Shown one piece after another: positions 8,986-17,248 of a stretch of 32,157 nt of DNA. Within the stretch, counting starts at the first letter, position 1; every line of letters starts with the position of its first letter. Made by a program: the position numbers and the translations under genes. The notes under the pieces are model-generated. The model searched no databases. It was not told where the DNA came from and saw only the letters and a list, made by a program, of their open reading frames with translations. The stretch is taken from positions 1-32,157 of the forward strand of contig CANFHS010000001.1 of the NCBI GenBank assembly GCA_947446835.1, given 5' to 3'. Origin of the DNA: Bacteriovoracaceae bacterium (GTDB lineage Bacteria > Bdellovibrionota > UBA1018).

Positions 8986-10112
8986 AAAAGGTGCAAAACC
9001 TGATCGTGGGAGATGGCTGGGCGGCGCTGGCTTCGGCAGGCCTCCTGGCCCAGGCAGGGCAAAAAGTGCGCTGGCTGGCAGGGACCGGCTCCCGCCTGGT
9101 TTCCCCGCTTCCTGTCCTGGAACAAGGTCAGGCGGCGCGCGTCTGGCGCGAGCTGGCCTCTCGTCTGGGCGTCGACCCCGGCTCGGTCACGTCCGGCTCG
9201 TTTCTGCGTGAGTTCAAGAACAAGTCCTTCCGCCAGGCGCCGTGGACCCGCTGTCCGGAGGGCAACGAACGCCGTGACGCACGCGAGGAGGCGCTCTGGG
9301 CGCCCGAGCTGCGCGCGGTGCCCGACGCCGAGTGCCGCTTCGAGCACAGCCCCGCCGAGCTCGAGGAGCAGTTCCGCAGCCTGGTGATGGCGCTTCCCGG
9401 GGTGGAGCGTGAGCTGGAGATCGGGATCCAGGAGTTCCGCACCGCCGCTCCGGGCGAGGGGGTCGAGGTGGTCCTGACCACCGGTGAAGCCCTGCGCGCC
9501 GAACGCGTCATCTTCGCGGACCGCTGGAACACCATTCCGGTGATCCAGGGGCTTCCCAAGCCCATCCCGTTCCTGCGGGGCCGCGAGCCCATGGGCGCGC
9601 TCCAGGCCCTGTTCAATCATTCGGCCCCCGTGGGTGCGGATCGGGCCGAGGGCTTCTACGGTCCGATCCAGCGCGAGGCGGGCGAGGAGTTCCAGCGCAA
9701 CCTCGTGGGCCACTTCTTCGACGATGGTCGCAAGAGCGTCTGGACGCTGTTCATGGGCTCTGACGAGGGCGAGGACAATCACGAGATCACCAAGCGCCTG
9801 CGGCGCCTCAAGCAGGCGCTCGACAAGATGTTCACCGGCGAGTCGTGGCTGCCGGCGGGCAAGGCCGAGTTCATGGCAACCGTGACCAGCGAGCAGGTCC
9901 GCTTCGAAGAGGCCGTGGTCTTCTCGGCGGGGGATACGGTCCAGAAGCCCGAATCGCTGCCCAAGCTGCCGGGGGTTTTCTTCCTGACCGACGGGGCGGG
10001 CCTTTCGGCCTCACTCGAGCAGGTCGGCGAGCTGCTGGGCCAGGAGCTGGGCTTCAGCCCGGACGAGATGCCTCTGGCCGAGTCAGCTCCGATCGAGACA
10101 ACTCCGGTCTGA
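8982..10112 (+). CDS. Hypothetical protein with an N-terminal dinucleotide-binding (GxGxxA Rossmann) motif. Divergent FAD/NAD(P)-oxidoreductase-like.
   Basis: NLIVGDGWAALASAGLLAQAGQKVRWL fits a beta-alpha-beta fold. The C-terminal GVFFLTDGAG resembles the second FAD-contact motif of amine-oxidase/desaturase folds. ATGA start/stop overlap with lysC. Confidence 0.6.
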   Translation: MKKVQNLIVGDGWAALASAGLLAQAGQKVRWLAGTGSRLVSPLPVLEQGQAARVWRELASRLGVDPGSVTSGSFLREFKNKSFRQAPWTRCPEGNERRDAREEALWAPELRAVPDAECRFEHSPAELEEQFRSLVMALPGVERELEIGIQEFRTAAPGEGVEVVLTTGEALRAERVIFADRWNTIPVIQGLPKPIPFLRGREPMGALQALFNHSAPVGADRAEGFYGPIQREAGEEFQRNLVGHFFDDGRKSVWTLFMGSDEGEDNHEITKRLRRLKQALDKMFTGESWLPAGKAEFMATVTSEQVRFEEAVVFSAGDTVQKPESLPKLPGVFFLTDGAGLSASLEQVGELLGQELGFSPDEMPLAESAPIETTPV

Positions 10113-10806
10113 ATCCCAGGAAGTAGAAGTCGACCCGCCGGGTTCCGGCTGCCCGGAGCGCCTGGGCTGCCGCCCGCGCGGTGAGACCGGTGGTCAGGAA
10201 ATCGTCCACCACCACGGCGTGCGCGGGCACGGGTTGGCCCTGGGCCAGGCGGAACGAAAAGCGCTGGCTCAGGCGGGCTTCGCGATTCAGTCGGGCCTGT
10301 CGGGTGCCGGCCTGACCCGGCTGGGGCCCAAGCTCCAGCGCCGGCACCACGGCCAGGCCGCGCTGCCGGCCCAGCCACTCGGCCACGGCCCCGGCTGGGT
10401 GATGCCCCAGCCGCCACGAGCGCGCCCGGTGCTGGGGCACCGGCACCAGCACCGGGGTTTCCCCGAGCGGCCAGTCCGCCGTCGGGGATGGGTCCGGAGA
10501 CAGGATGAAGCGGCTTGAACTGCGACCCGGTCGTCGCTTCCAGTCCCGGAGCAGCCGGTAGCCCGCTCCGACCAGAAGGTAGCGTGCCTCGATCCTGAAG
10601 GGACGGGGCAGCTCGGGTGCGAACAGCCGCCAGGGGCGGCTGCACGGTCCCACTGGGGGGCAGCCCACGCCGGCGCACCCGGGGCAAAGAGGCGGGCAGC
10701 GCTGAAGCGAGGACCGGCAGGTCTCGCACCAGGGCAGGCACTCGCGGGCCGGCGCTCCTTCGCAGACCGGACAGCGCAGCAGGAACGGGAACAGGAGGTC
10801 GAGCAT
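10054..10806 (-). CDS. comF: ComF family protein (phosphoribosyltransferase domain with N-terminal Cys-rich zinc finger)
   Basis: CPVCEG...CETC...CPGCAG cysteine cluster. PRT motif HAVVVDDFLTTGLTARAAAQAL. Start placed at MLDLLFPF; the track ORF extends to 11280 in a frame overlapping pfkA. Confidence 0.8.
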   Translation of the reverse strand: MLDLLFPFLLRCPVCEGAPARECLPWCETCRSSLQRCPPLCPGCAGVGCPPVGPCSRPWRLFAPELPRPFRIEARYLLVGAGYRLLRDWKRRPGRSSSRFILSPDPSPTADWPLGETPVLVPVPQHRARSWRLGHHPAGAVAEWLGRQRGLAVVPALELGPQPGQAGTRQARLNREARLSQRFSFRLAQGQPVPAHAVVVDDFLTTGLTARAAAQALRAAGTRRVDFYFLGFRPELSRSELTRPEASRPG

Positions 10807-10843
10807 GCGCCGGGCTCCTCGCAAGGAGCGAGCCCGGGAGAGC

Positions 10844-11845
10844 TCAGCTTGCCAGGATGCGGGCCAGCGTGAGGTTGGACTGGTCCAGGTCCTTCTTCTT
10901 GCCGATGACGTTGCGGAAGGGGACGAGCACGACCCGCCCCTTCTGCACGCCGACCATGGCGCCGGATTTTCCGGCCATGAGGTAAGCCACGGCCGAGGCG
11001 CCCAGGACCGAGGCGAGCATGCGATCATGGGCCGTGGGAGTTCCGCCGCGCTGGGTGTGGCCCAGGATGCAGACCTTGGGCGAGTAGCCCCGGTGCGACA
11101 GATCGTCGGCAATGCGCTGCGAGAGGCCCGGTTTGTAGCCTTCGGCCACCACGATGATGGAGCTGGTCTTGCCGCGGTCCACGCCGCGGTCGATGAGCCG
11201 GGTGATGCCCTGGATGTTCTCCTTGAACTCCGGCACCAGCACGGTTTCGGCACCGCCGCCGATGCCCGTCTGCACGGCAATCCAGCCCGAGCTGCGTCCC
11301 ATCACCTCGACCAGGAAGATGCGGTCGTGCGAGCTGGCCGTGTCGCGGATGCGGTCGATGGCGTCGATGGCGGTGTTCACCGCCGTGTCAAAGCCGATGG
11401 TGTCCTCGGTGCCCGCGATGTCGTTGTCGATGGTTCCGGGAACGCCGATGCACGGAAATCCGTTTTCCTTCTCCATGAGGTGCGCGCCCGTGAACGAGCC
11501 GTCGCCGCCGATCACCACCAGGCCCTCGATGCCCTTGCGGCGAAGGATGTTGGCGGCTTCCTTGCGGACCGACTTCTTGAAGAACGCCTCGCAGCGGTCG
11601 GTCTTGAGGATGGTCCCGCCCCTCTGGATGATGTTGGCCACCGACGAAGCGTGCAGCGGCTGGATGTGCCCTTCCAGGAGTCCGCTGTAGCCTTTCATCA
11701 CGCCGTGGACTTCCGCGCCCATGGCCAGGCCGTACCGGACCACCGCGCGGATGGCGGCATTCATTCCGGGCGCGTCGCCGCCGCTGGTCAGCACGGCGAT
11801 GGACTTGAGCTTCTTCAGTGGAGAGATTTCTGGAATGGTCAGCAT
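10844..11845 (-). CDS. pfkA: ATP-dependent 6-phosphofructokinase
   Basis: IAVLTSGGDAPGMNAAIRAVV, VVIGGDGSFTGA, PGTIDNDI, VMGRSSGWIA and ILGHTQRGG motifs. Confidence 0.93.
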   Translation of the reverse strand: MLTIPEISPLKKLKSIAVLTSGGDAPGMNAAIRAVVRYGLAMGAEVHGVMKGYSGLLEGHIQPLHASSVANIIQRGGTILKTDRCEAFFKKSVRKEAANILRRKGIEGLVVIGGDGSFTGAHLMEKENGFPCIGVPGTIDNDIAGTEDTIGFDTAVNTAIDAIDRIRDTASSHDRIFLVEVMGRSSGWIAVQTGIGGGAETVLVPEFKENIQGITRLIDRGVDRGKTSSIIVVAEGYKPGLSQRIADDLSHRGYSPKVCILGHTQRGGTPTAHDRMLASVLGASAVAYLMAGKSGAMVGVQKGRVVLVPFRNVIGKKKDLDQSNLTLARILAS

Positions 11846-11858
11846 CGGGTTTCTTCTT

Positions 11859-13454
11859 TCAGGGCAGGAGGCATTTGCCAGTGGCTTCAGGAGGAATGCC
11901 GAGGCTCATCAGCTGGCAGAGCGTCGGCATGACATCTTCGAGGGTCCCGTCGCGCAGCGCCTGGCGGGCGGAGCGGGGAGCGATGGCCGTATCGGGGGCC
12001 ACCCAGATCGCGGGAACCGGGTTGAGCGTGTGCTGGGTGTGGATATGGCCTTCGCGGTCGCACATCTCCTCGGCATTGCCATGATCGGCGGTCACCAGCA
12101 CATGGTAGCCGTTCTTCTCGGCCGCGCCGATCACGCGCGACAGGCACTGGTCCAGGACTTCCATGGCGCGCACGGTGGCGGCGTAGTTGCCGGTGTGGCC
12201 CACCATGTCCGCGTTGGCGAAGTTCATCAGCATGAAGTCGAACTTGCGGCTTCGGATCTGCTCGACTGCGGCGTCGGCCACCTGGAAGGCGCTCATCTCG
12301 GGCTTGAGGTCGTAGGTGTCGACGTCCTTCGGGGAGGCGATCAGGATGCGCTCTTCGCCCGCGAAAGGCGCCTCGCGCCCGCCGTTGAAGAAGAAGGTGA
12401 CGTGGGCGTACTTCTCGGTTTCCGCCAGGCGGAGCTGGGTCCGCTGGTGGTTCTCCAGCCACTCGCCGAAGATGTTCTTCAGGCTCTGGGGCTGGAAGGC
12501 AGCCGGAAGTCCCAGGTTCTTGTCATAGACCGTCATGCCGCAGAAGGCGGAGGGCCTGGGATGGGTACCCCGGTCGAAAGCCGCGAAATCGGGCTTCAGG
12601 AACGCTTCCGAAAGCTCACGGGCGCGGTCCGAACGGTAGTTGAAGAAAACGAGGCTGTCGCCATCGCGCAGGGCGCCCCCGGCCCGCAGCAGGATGGGCT
12701 CGATGAACTCGTCAGTCTTCTGTGCGGCGTAGGAATTCTCGATGGCGCGGATCGGCGCTTCCTGGTCCGACAGCCGGGCCAGCTCCTCGGGCGCGGCTGT
12801 CTGTCCGGTGATCACGCGGTAGGCGCGTTCCACGCGCTCCCAGCGCTTGTCGCGATCCATGGCGAAGTACCGCCCCGAGATCGACGCAATGCGGGCGCGT
12901 GTGCCGCCGGCGCCTTGCGCCTGGAAGGTCGGGTGCTGCAGCAGGCGTTTCAGGTAACCCGCGCCCGAATTGGGTGAGGTGTCGCGGCCGTCGGTGAACA
13001 CGTGGACCCAGGCCTCGGGCACCGAAAGTTCCACGCACAGGTCCAGCAGCGCGAGCAGGTGGTCGATGTGGCTGTGGACGCCGCCGTCCGAGAGCAGGCC
13101 CATGAAGTGCACGCGGCCCGTCTTGGCGGCGCCGGTCTGGAGGGTCTCGCGCAGCGTGCGGTTCTTCTGGAATTCGCGGTCTTGGATGGACTTCGAGATG
13201 CGGGTCAGGTCCTGGTAGATGATCCGCCCGGCGCCCATGGTCATGTGGCCGACTTCCGAGTTGCCCATCACGCCGCCCGGAAGGCCGACCGCCTCGCCGT
13301 GGGTGATGAGCTGGCTGCGCGGGTACTTGCTTTCCAGGTCGCGGTAAAACGGCATGCGCGCATTCTTGATGGCGTTGTGGGGTGAGTCGGGTCCGATGCC
13401 GAAACCATCCAGGACGATCAGGAGCGCGCGAGGGTGAGCCGAGTTCGATTGCAT
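11859..13454 (-). CDS. gpmI: 2,3-bisphosphoglycerate-independent phosphoglycerate mutase
   Basis: LLIVLDGFGIG..., GNSEVGHMTMGAGRIIYQDL, and LVTADHGNAEEM near the C-terminus. Start chosen at MQSNSAHP (13454); an in-frame ATG at 13490 is an alternative. Confidence 0.92.
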   Translation of the reverse strand: MQSNSAHPRALLIVLDGFGIGPDSPHNAIKNARMPFYRDLESKYPRSQLITHGEAVGLPGGVMGNSEVGHMTMGAGRIIYQDLTRISKSIQDREFQKNRTLRETLQTGAAKTGRVHFMGLLSDGGVHSHIDHLLALLDLCVELSVPEAWVHVFTDGRDTSPNSGAGYLKRLLQHPTFQAQGAGGTRARIASISGRYFAMDRDKRWERVERAYRVITGQTAAPEELARLSDQEAPIRAIENSYAAQKTDEFIEPILLRAGGALRDGDSLVFFNYRSDRARELSEAFLKPDFAAFDRGTHPRPSAFCGMTVYDKNLGLPAAFQPQSLKNIFGEWLENHQRTQLRLAETEKYAHVTFFFNGGREAPFAGEERILIASPKDVDTYDLKPEMSAFQVADAAVEQIRSRKFDFMLMNFANADMVGHTGNYAATVRAMEVLDQCLSRVIGAAEKNGYHVLVTADHGNAEEMCDREGHIHTQHTLNPVPAIWVAPDTAIAPRSARQALRDGTLEDVMPTLCQLMSLGIPPEATGKCLLP

Positions 13455-13507
13455 CGAACCTACTTTCACCGAAGCCGGGCAGGGTGACAAGACCTAGTGA
13501 CGAGGGG

Positions 13508-14011
13508 TCACGATCCTTCGTTGTGGTAGGGGTGGCCGCGGACCACGCTCCATGCCCGATAAATTTGTTCCAGCAGCACGACGCGCGCCAGCTCGTGCGA
13601 CAAGGTCTGCGGTCCCAGGCTGAGTCGGCCGTGTGCCTTGCGCCGGAGTTCTTCTGAGAAACCCAGGCTGCTGCCGATGCAGAGAGCGACTTCAGGGACG
13701 CTGTCGCCTTCCCAGGATTCCACCAGCTTGGCCCACTCGCGGGTGCTGAGGGTTTTTCCGCCCTCGTCGAGCAGGTAGAATCGTCCGCGGGTACCCAGCT
13801 CCTGGGCCAGGCGCTCGGAGAGGACCTCGGCTTCCTTCTTCTGGATGCGGGTGCGGGTCGCCTCGGACTTGTCGGGCACGTCCATGGGCTTGAGCTCCAG
13901 CTCCTTGGCCGCGCACCAGGGACGCAGGATCTTCAGGTAATAGTCGGCGGACTCCCGGAGGCCCGGGGTCTTGAGCTTTCCGAAGGCCAGCAGGGAAAGC
14001 TTGAGCGGCAC
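13508..14011 (-). CDS. rlmH: 23S rRNA (pseudouridine1915-N3)-methyltransferase RlmH
   Basis: SPOUT-family C-terminus LSLGPQTLSHELARVVLLEQIYRAWSVVRGHPYH. Position downstream of rsfS is the conserved arrangement. Confidence 0.9.
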   Translation of the reverse strand: MPLKLSLLAFGKLKTPGLRESADYYLKILRPWCAAKELELKPMDVPDKSEATRTRIQKKEAEVLSERLAQELGTRGRFYLLDEGGKTLSTREWAKLVESWEGDSVPEVALCIGSSLGFSEELRRKAHGRLSLGPQTLSHELARVVLLEQIYRAWSVVRGHPYHNEGS

Positions 14012-14015
14012 GGCC

Positions 14016-14438
14016 TCAGTTCAGGCGGCTTGCGCCCGGACCGTAGAATTCCGAGGGGATCTTGAGGCGGGGAGCATCGGCCCAGAGGGTCTCCAGGTCG
14101 TAGTACTCGCGAAGCGCGTCGAGGAACACGTGCACCACGACGTCGCCGAAATCCATGAGCACCCAGCGACCTTCGCCGTAGCCCTCCGCGGACAGCAGCT
14201 CGTGCCCCGAGCCTTCCATCGCGGCCTGGACCGAGTCGGCAATGGCCTGGACCTGGCGGTCACTCATGCCGCTGCAGACCAGGAAGTAGTCGGTGAACCC
14301 CGACAGCTCGGTCAGATCGAGCAGTTTGGCGTTCTCGGCTTTTTTGTCGATGGCGGCTTTGGCGCAAGCCAGGGCCTTTTCGGCCGAGGTCGCAAGAGTC
14401 GCCCGGTCAGGGCTCGAAGTCGGATGAGCTGCGGTCAT
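14016..14438 (-). CDS. rsfS: Ribosome silencing factor RsfS
   Basis: TDYFLVCSGMSDRQVQAIADSV...WVLMDFGDVVVHVFLDALREYYDLETLW is the RsfS/iojap signature. Confidence 0.9.
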   Translation of the reverse strand: MTAAHPTSSPDRATLATSAEKALACAKAAIDKKAENAKLLDLTELSGFTDYFLVCSGMSDRQVQAIADSVQAAMEGSGHELLSAEGYGEGRWVLMDFGDVVVHVFLDALREYYDLETLWADAPRLKIPSEFYGPGASRLN

Positions 14439-15163
14439 TGACGCTTCGTACCATAAAGTTGTTCCCGCTTCAATTGGTCGGAAACTTCGGGGCTCAGGGA
14501 ACCCTCTGGGGGCTGCCCGGTTCGGGCAATGGCCTCGCGAATCTGGGTCGAGGAGACGGCCCGCGCCGGGGTTTGGACCAGGGCCAGCTGGGTCTTGCCT
14601 CCCCGGAGAATCCAGCGTGAATCGGAGTCGGGGCCCTGGACCTCGGCCCGGGCTAGGCCGCTGGCTTCCCAGTCCCGGAGGGTCTGCCGGGCCGCCAGGT
14701 TGCCCTCGGGCCTGCGTTCCAGCACGATCCAGTGGCAGAGCTCCAGGAGCTCTCCAAACCGGTGCCAGTGGGACAGGGTCGACAGACGGTCGGCCCCGAT
14801 CACCATGGCCAAGGCCGGGACTTCGCGACGGATTTCGGAAAGGGTGTCGAAACTGTAGCTGGGAAGCTGGGTCCTCTGGGCCCGCAGCAGCTCGCGTGGG
14901 TCCACGCGCACGGGCCCGGGAAGGGGCGCCTCGGGGTCCGGGCCCAGGAATGCGAGCTCCGCCAACCGGAGACGGTCCACGGCGCTGATCCGTGCCGGCT
15001 TGTCAGGCGGGGTGGCCGAAGGAATGACCCAGACCTCGCGGACGCCGGGGTTCTGGAACAGTCCCGCCGCGGCTTCGCGGTGACCCCGGTGCGGAGGGTC
15101 GAACGATCCTCCCAGGACAGCCACCACCTCGTTCCAGCGGACCCGAGGGCTGACCGATGTCAT
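14435..15163 (-). CDS. nadD: Nicotinate-nucleotide adenylyltransferase
   Basis: GGSFDPPHRGH nucleotidyltransferase motif and SSTQIREAI near the C-terminus. 4-nt overlaps with obg and rsfS. Confidence 0.88.
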   Translation of the reverse strand: MTSVSPRVRWNEVVAVLGGSFDPPHRGHREAAAGLFQNPGVREVWVIPSATPPDKPARISAVDRLRLAELAFLGPDPEAPLPGPVRVDPRELLRAQRTQLPSYSFDTLSEIRREVPALAMVIGADRLSTLSHWHRFGELLELCHWIVLERRPEGNLAARQTLRDWEASGLARAEVQGPDSDSRWILRGGKTQLALVQTPARAVSSTQIREAIARTGQPPEGSLSPEVSDQLKREQLYGTKRQ

Positions 15164-16317
15164 CGGTTGTTCCGGAACGCCTCGTGGTCGGGCGGCAGGT
15201 TCGACGGGTCTTCGTTTCCGGCGGACGGGTTGCGTTCGCGCCGCGAGACCTTCACGAACTCGAAGGTGGCCCGCAGGATGGGCATGAGGCCTTCGCCGCT
15301 GACGGCCGAGATGGCAAACGGTTCGCCGTTCACCGGCTCACGGCCGCGGATCTGGTTCAGGCGCTCGCGCAGGGCCTTGCAGGCCTTGCGGACCAGCTCG
15401 GGCTCGGTCTCGAGCAGGTCGACCTTGTTGAGCACGACGATTTCGGGCTTGTGCAGCAGGTCCTCGTTGAAAAGGCCCAGCTCCGTCCGGATGGCCTGGT
15501 AGCGGCGCACCAGCTCGTCGATGGCGAACTGGAAGCTGTCATCGCCCGGGCGGGTCGCATCGTCGAGGATGCGGGTGCCGTCCAGCATGTGGATGAACAC
15601 CGAGGTGCGTTCGATGTGCTTCAGGAAGCGATGACCCAGGCCCAGGCCCGCGTGCGCGCCCTCGATCAGGCCGGGAATGTCGGCCACGACGAAGCTCTCG
15701 TAGTTGTCCAGGTTCACCACGCCCAGGTTCGGCACGAGGGTGGTGAAGGCATAGTCGGCAATCTTCGGGCGGGCCGCGCTGATGCGCGAAATGAAGGTCG
15801 ACTTGCCGGCGTTCGGGAAGCCGATGATGGCGGCTTCGGCCAGCAGCTTGAGCTCCAGCTTCAGCTCCTTGAACGAGCCGGCCTCGCCTTCCTGGGCGAA
15901 CTTGGGCGCCTGGAAGGTCGAGCTCACGAAGTGGGCGTTGCCCTTGCCGCCGCGTCCGCCTTCACAGGCCAACCAGCGTTGGCCGTCTTCGACCAGGTCC
16001 GCCAGGATCTCGTCCGACTCCGCATCGCGGAGCACCGTTCCCACGGGGATGCGGATCTCGATGTCGCCGCCGTCCCGGCCGGCCTTGTTGGTGCCCGAGC
16101 CGTGGTGCCCGTCTTCGGCGCGGTACTCGCGTTTGAAACGGAAATCCTGGAGGGTGCCCAGCTGCGAGGAGGCCACGAAGATCACGTCTCCGCCCGCGCC
16201 ACCGTCACCGCCGTCCGGACCCCCGCGCGGAATGAACTTCTCGCGCCTGAAACTCACACAGCCGGGACCGCCATGCCCTGCCGAGACCCGAATTTTTGCC
16301 TCGTCAATGAATCGCAT
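15160..16317 (-). CDS. obg: GTPase Obg/CgtA
   Basis: MRFIDEAKIRVSAGHGGPGCVSFRREKFIPRGGPDGGDGGAGGDVIF glycine-rich Obg fold. G motifs GFPNAGKST, DIPGLIEGA and NKVD. Confidence 0.95.
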   Translation of the reverse strand: MRFIDEAKIRVSAGHGGPGCVSFRREKFIPRGGPDGGDGGAGGDVIFVASSQLGTLQDFRFKREYRAEDGHHGSGTNKAGRDGGDIEIRIPVGTVLRDAESDEILADLVEDGQRWLACEGGRGGKGNAHFVSSTFQAPKFAQEGEAGSFKELKLELKLLAEAAIIGFPNAGKSTFISRISAARPKIADYAFTTLVPNLGVVNLDNYESFVVADIPGLIEGAHAGLGLGHRFLKHIERTSVFIHMLDGTRILDDATRPGDDSFQFAIDELVRRYQAIRTELGLFNEDLLHKPEIVVLNKVDLLETEPELVRKACKALRERLNQIRGREPVNGEPFAISAVSGEGLMPILRATFEFVKVSRRERNPSAGNEDPSNLPPDHEAFRNNR

Positions 16318-16357
16318 GGAAATCTACCGGCTGTGGGGTACTTCGTTTGTTTTCGGT

Positions 16358-16380
16358 CTGCCCGGGAAGGCCCGGGTCAG
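16358..16380 (-). other. GC-rich hairpin in the rpmA-obg spacer (possible attenuator or processing site, not a canonical terminator)
   Basis: CCCGGG-AAGG-CCCGGG palindrome flanked by CTG/CAG. No U tract follows on the minus strand. Confidence 0.25.
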
Positions 16381-16388
16381 AGCGCTAC

Positions 16389-16646
16389 TCAGGCCGCGGG
16401 GTAAATCGAGACCTGTTTCCGCTTCTTGTCGTAGCGTTCGAACTTCACGACGCCCGGGACGAGGGCGTAGAGGGTGAAGTCGCGGCCGAGGCCGACGTTC
16501 TTGCCAGCGTGGAACTGGGTGCCGACCTGGCGAACCAGGATCTCACCGGCGCCGACGACTTGGCCGCCGTAGCGCTTCACGCCGCGCATCTTCGGATTGC
16601 TGTCGCGGCCGTTTTTGGAACTACCGCCTGCTTTTTTATGTGCCAT
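16389..16646 (-). CDS. rpmA: 50S ribosomal protein L27
   Basis: [31 protein letters not shown]...FHAGKNVG is a near-universal L27 sequence. Confidence 0.97.
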   Translation of the reverse strand: MAHKKAGGSSKNGRDSNPKMRGVKRYGGQVVGAGEILVRQVGTQFHAGKNVGLGRDFTLYALVPGVVKFERYDKKRKQVSIYPAA

Positions 16647-16668
16647 GACTCAAAAACCTCGCGTTGCT

Positions 16669-17214
16669 TCAGGCTTTTTTGGTGGTTTTCTTGGCAGCGG
16701 GCTTCTTGGCCGGAGCTGCTTTTGCTTCACCCGCGGCCTGGGCCGGAGCGGCCGCTTTGGCGGCTGCCAGGCGCTTGCGCGATCCGAGGGTCTTCGGAGT
16801 CTGCGGCAGGCCTTTGGCTTTCAGGTGCGACTGGAATTTGCCCAGTTTGGATTTCTTGTCTTCGGCCGACAGCGTGCTCGTCTCACCGGCGCCGTTGCTC
16901 AGCCCGGTCACGAGGACCTGGGTCAGCGACTGGCGGTGGCCCTGCGTGCGGCGGTACTGTTTACGACGCTTCATCTTGATGATGAGGATCTTTTCGCCGC
17001 GGCCCTGGCCGACGACTTCACCCTGGACCGAGGCCCCGGCGAGAGTCGGCTTGCCCAGCCAAATCTGCGAACCTTCCGAAGCCGGCTTGCTGACCATCAG
17101 GACCTGGTCAAAATTGACCGAAGCGCCGACGTCGCCCTCCAGCTTTTCCAGCTGAACCACATCTCCCGGTTGGACCCGGTATTGTTTACCACCCGACACA
17201 ATGACAGCGTACAT
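16669..17214 (-). CDS. rplU: 50S ribosomal protein L21 with a roughly 78-aa Lys/Ala/Pro-rich C-terminal extension
   Basis: MYAVIVSGGKQYRVQPGDVV...KMKRRKQYRRTQGHRQ is canonical L21. Start set at MYAVIV (17214). The track ORF's extra 59 N-terminal residues overlap the upstream gene region and are not L21-like. Confidence 0.9.
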   Translation of the reverse strand: MYAVIVSGGKQYRVQPGDVVQLEKLEGDVGASVNFDQVLMVSKPASEGSQIWLGKPTLAGASVQGEVVGQGRGEKILIIKMKRRKQYRRTQGHRQSLTQVLVTGLSNGAGETSTLSAEDKKSKLGKFQSHLKAKGLPQTPKTLGSRKRLAAAKAAAPAQAAGEAKAAPAKKPAAKKTTKKA

Positions 17215-17248
17215 AGACGCGCAGGAATGCCCGAATCCCCTGTCGATG

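Noticed and set aside
15157-16404. 415-aa + strand ORF antisense to obg. Similar antisense ORFs occur at 11721-12977, 10805-11932, 17648-18694, 18186-19367, 19118-20551, 21346-22434 and 27868-28929.
   Set aside because: All are mirror frames of well-supported genes, are rich in Ala/Gly/Arg/Asp/Val, and lack motifs or ribosome-binding sites.
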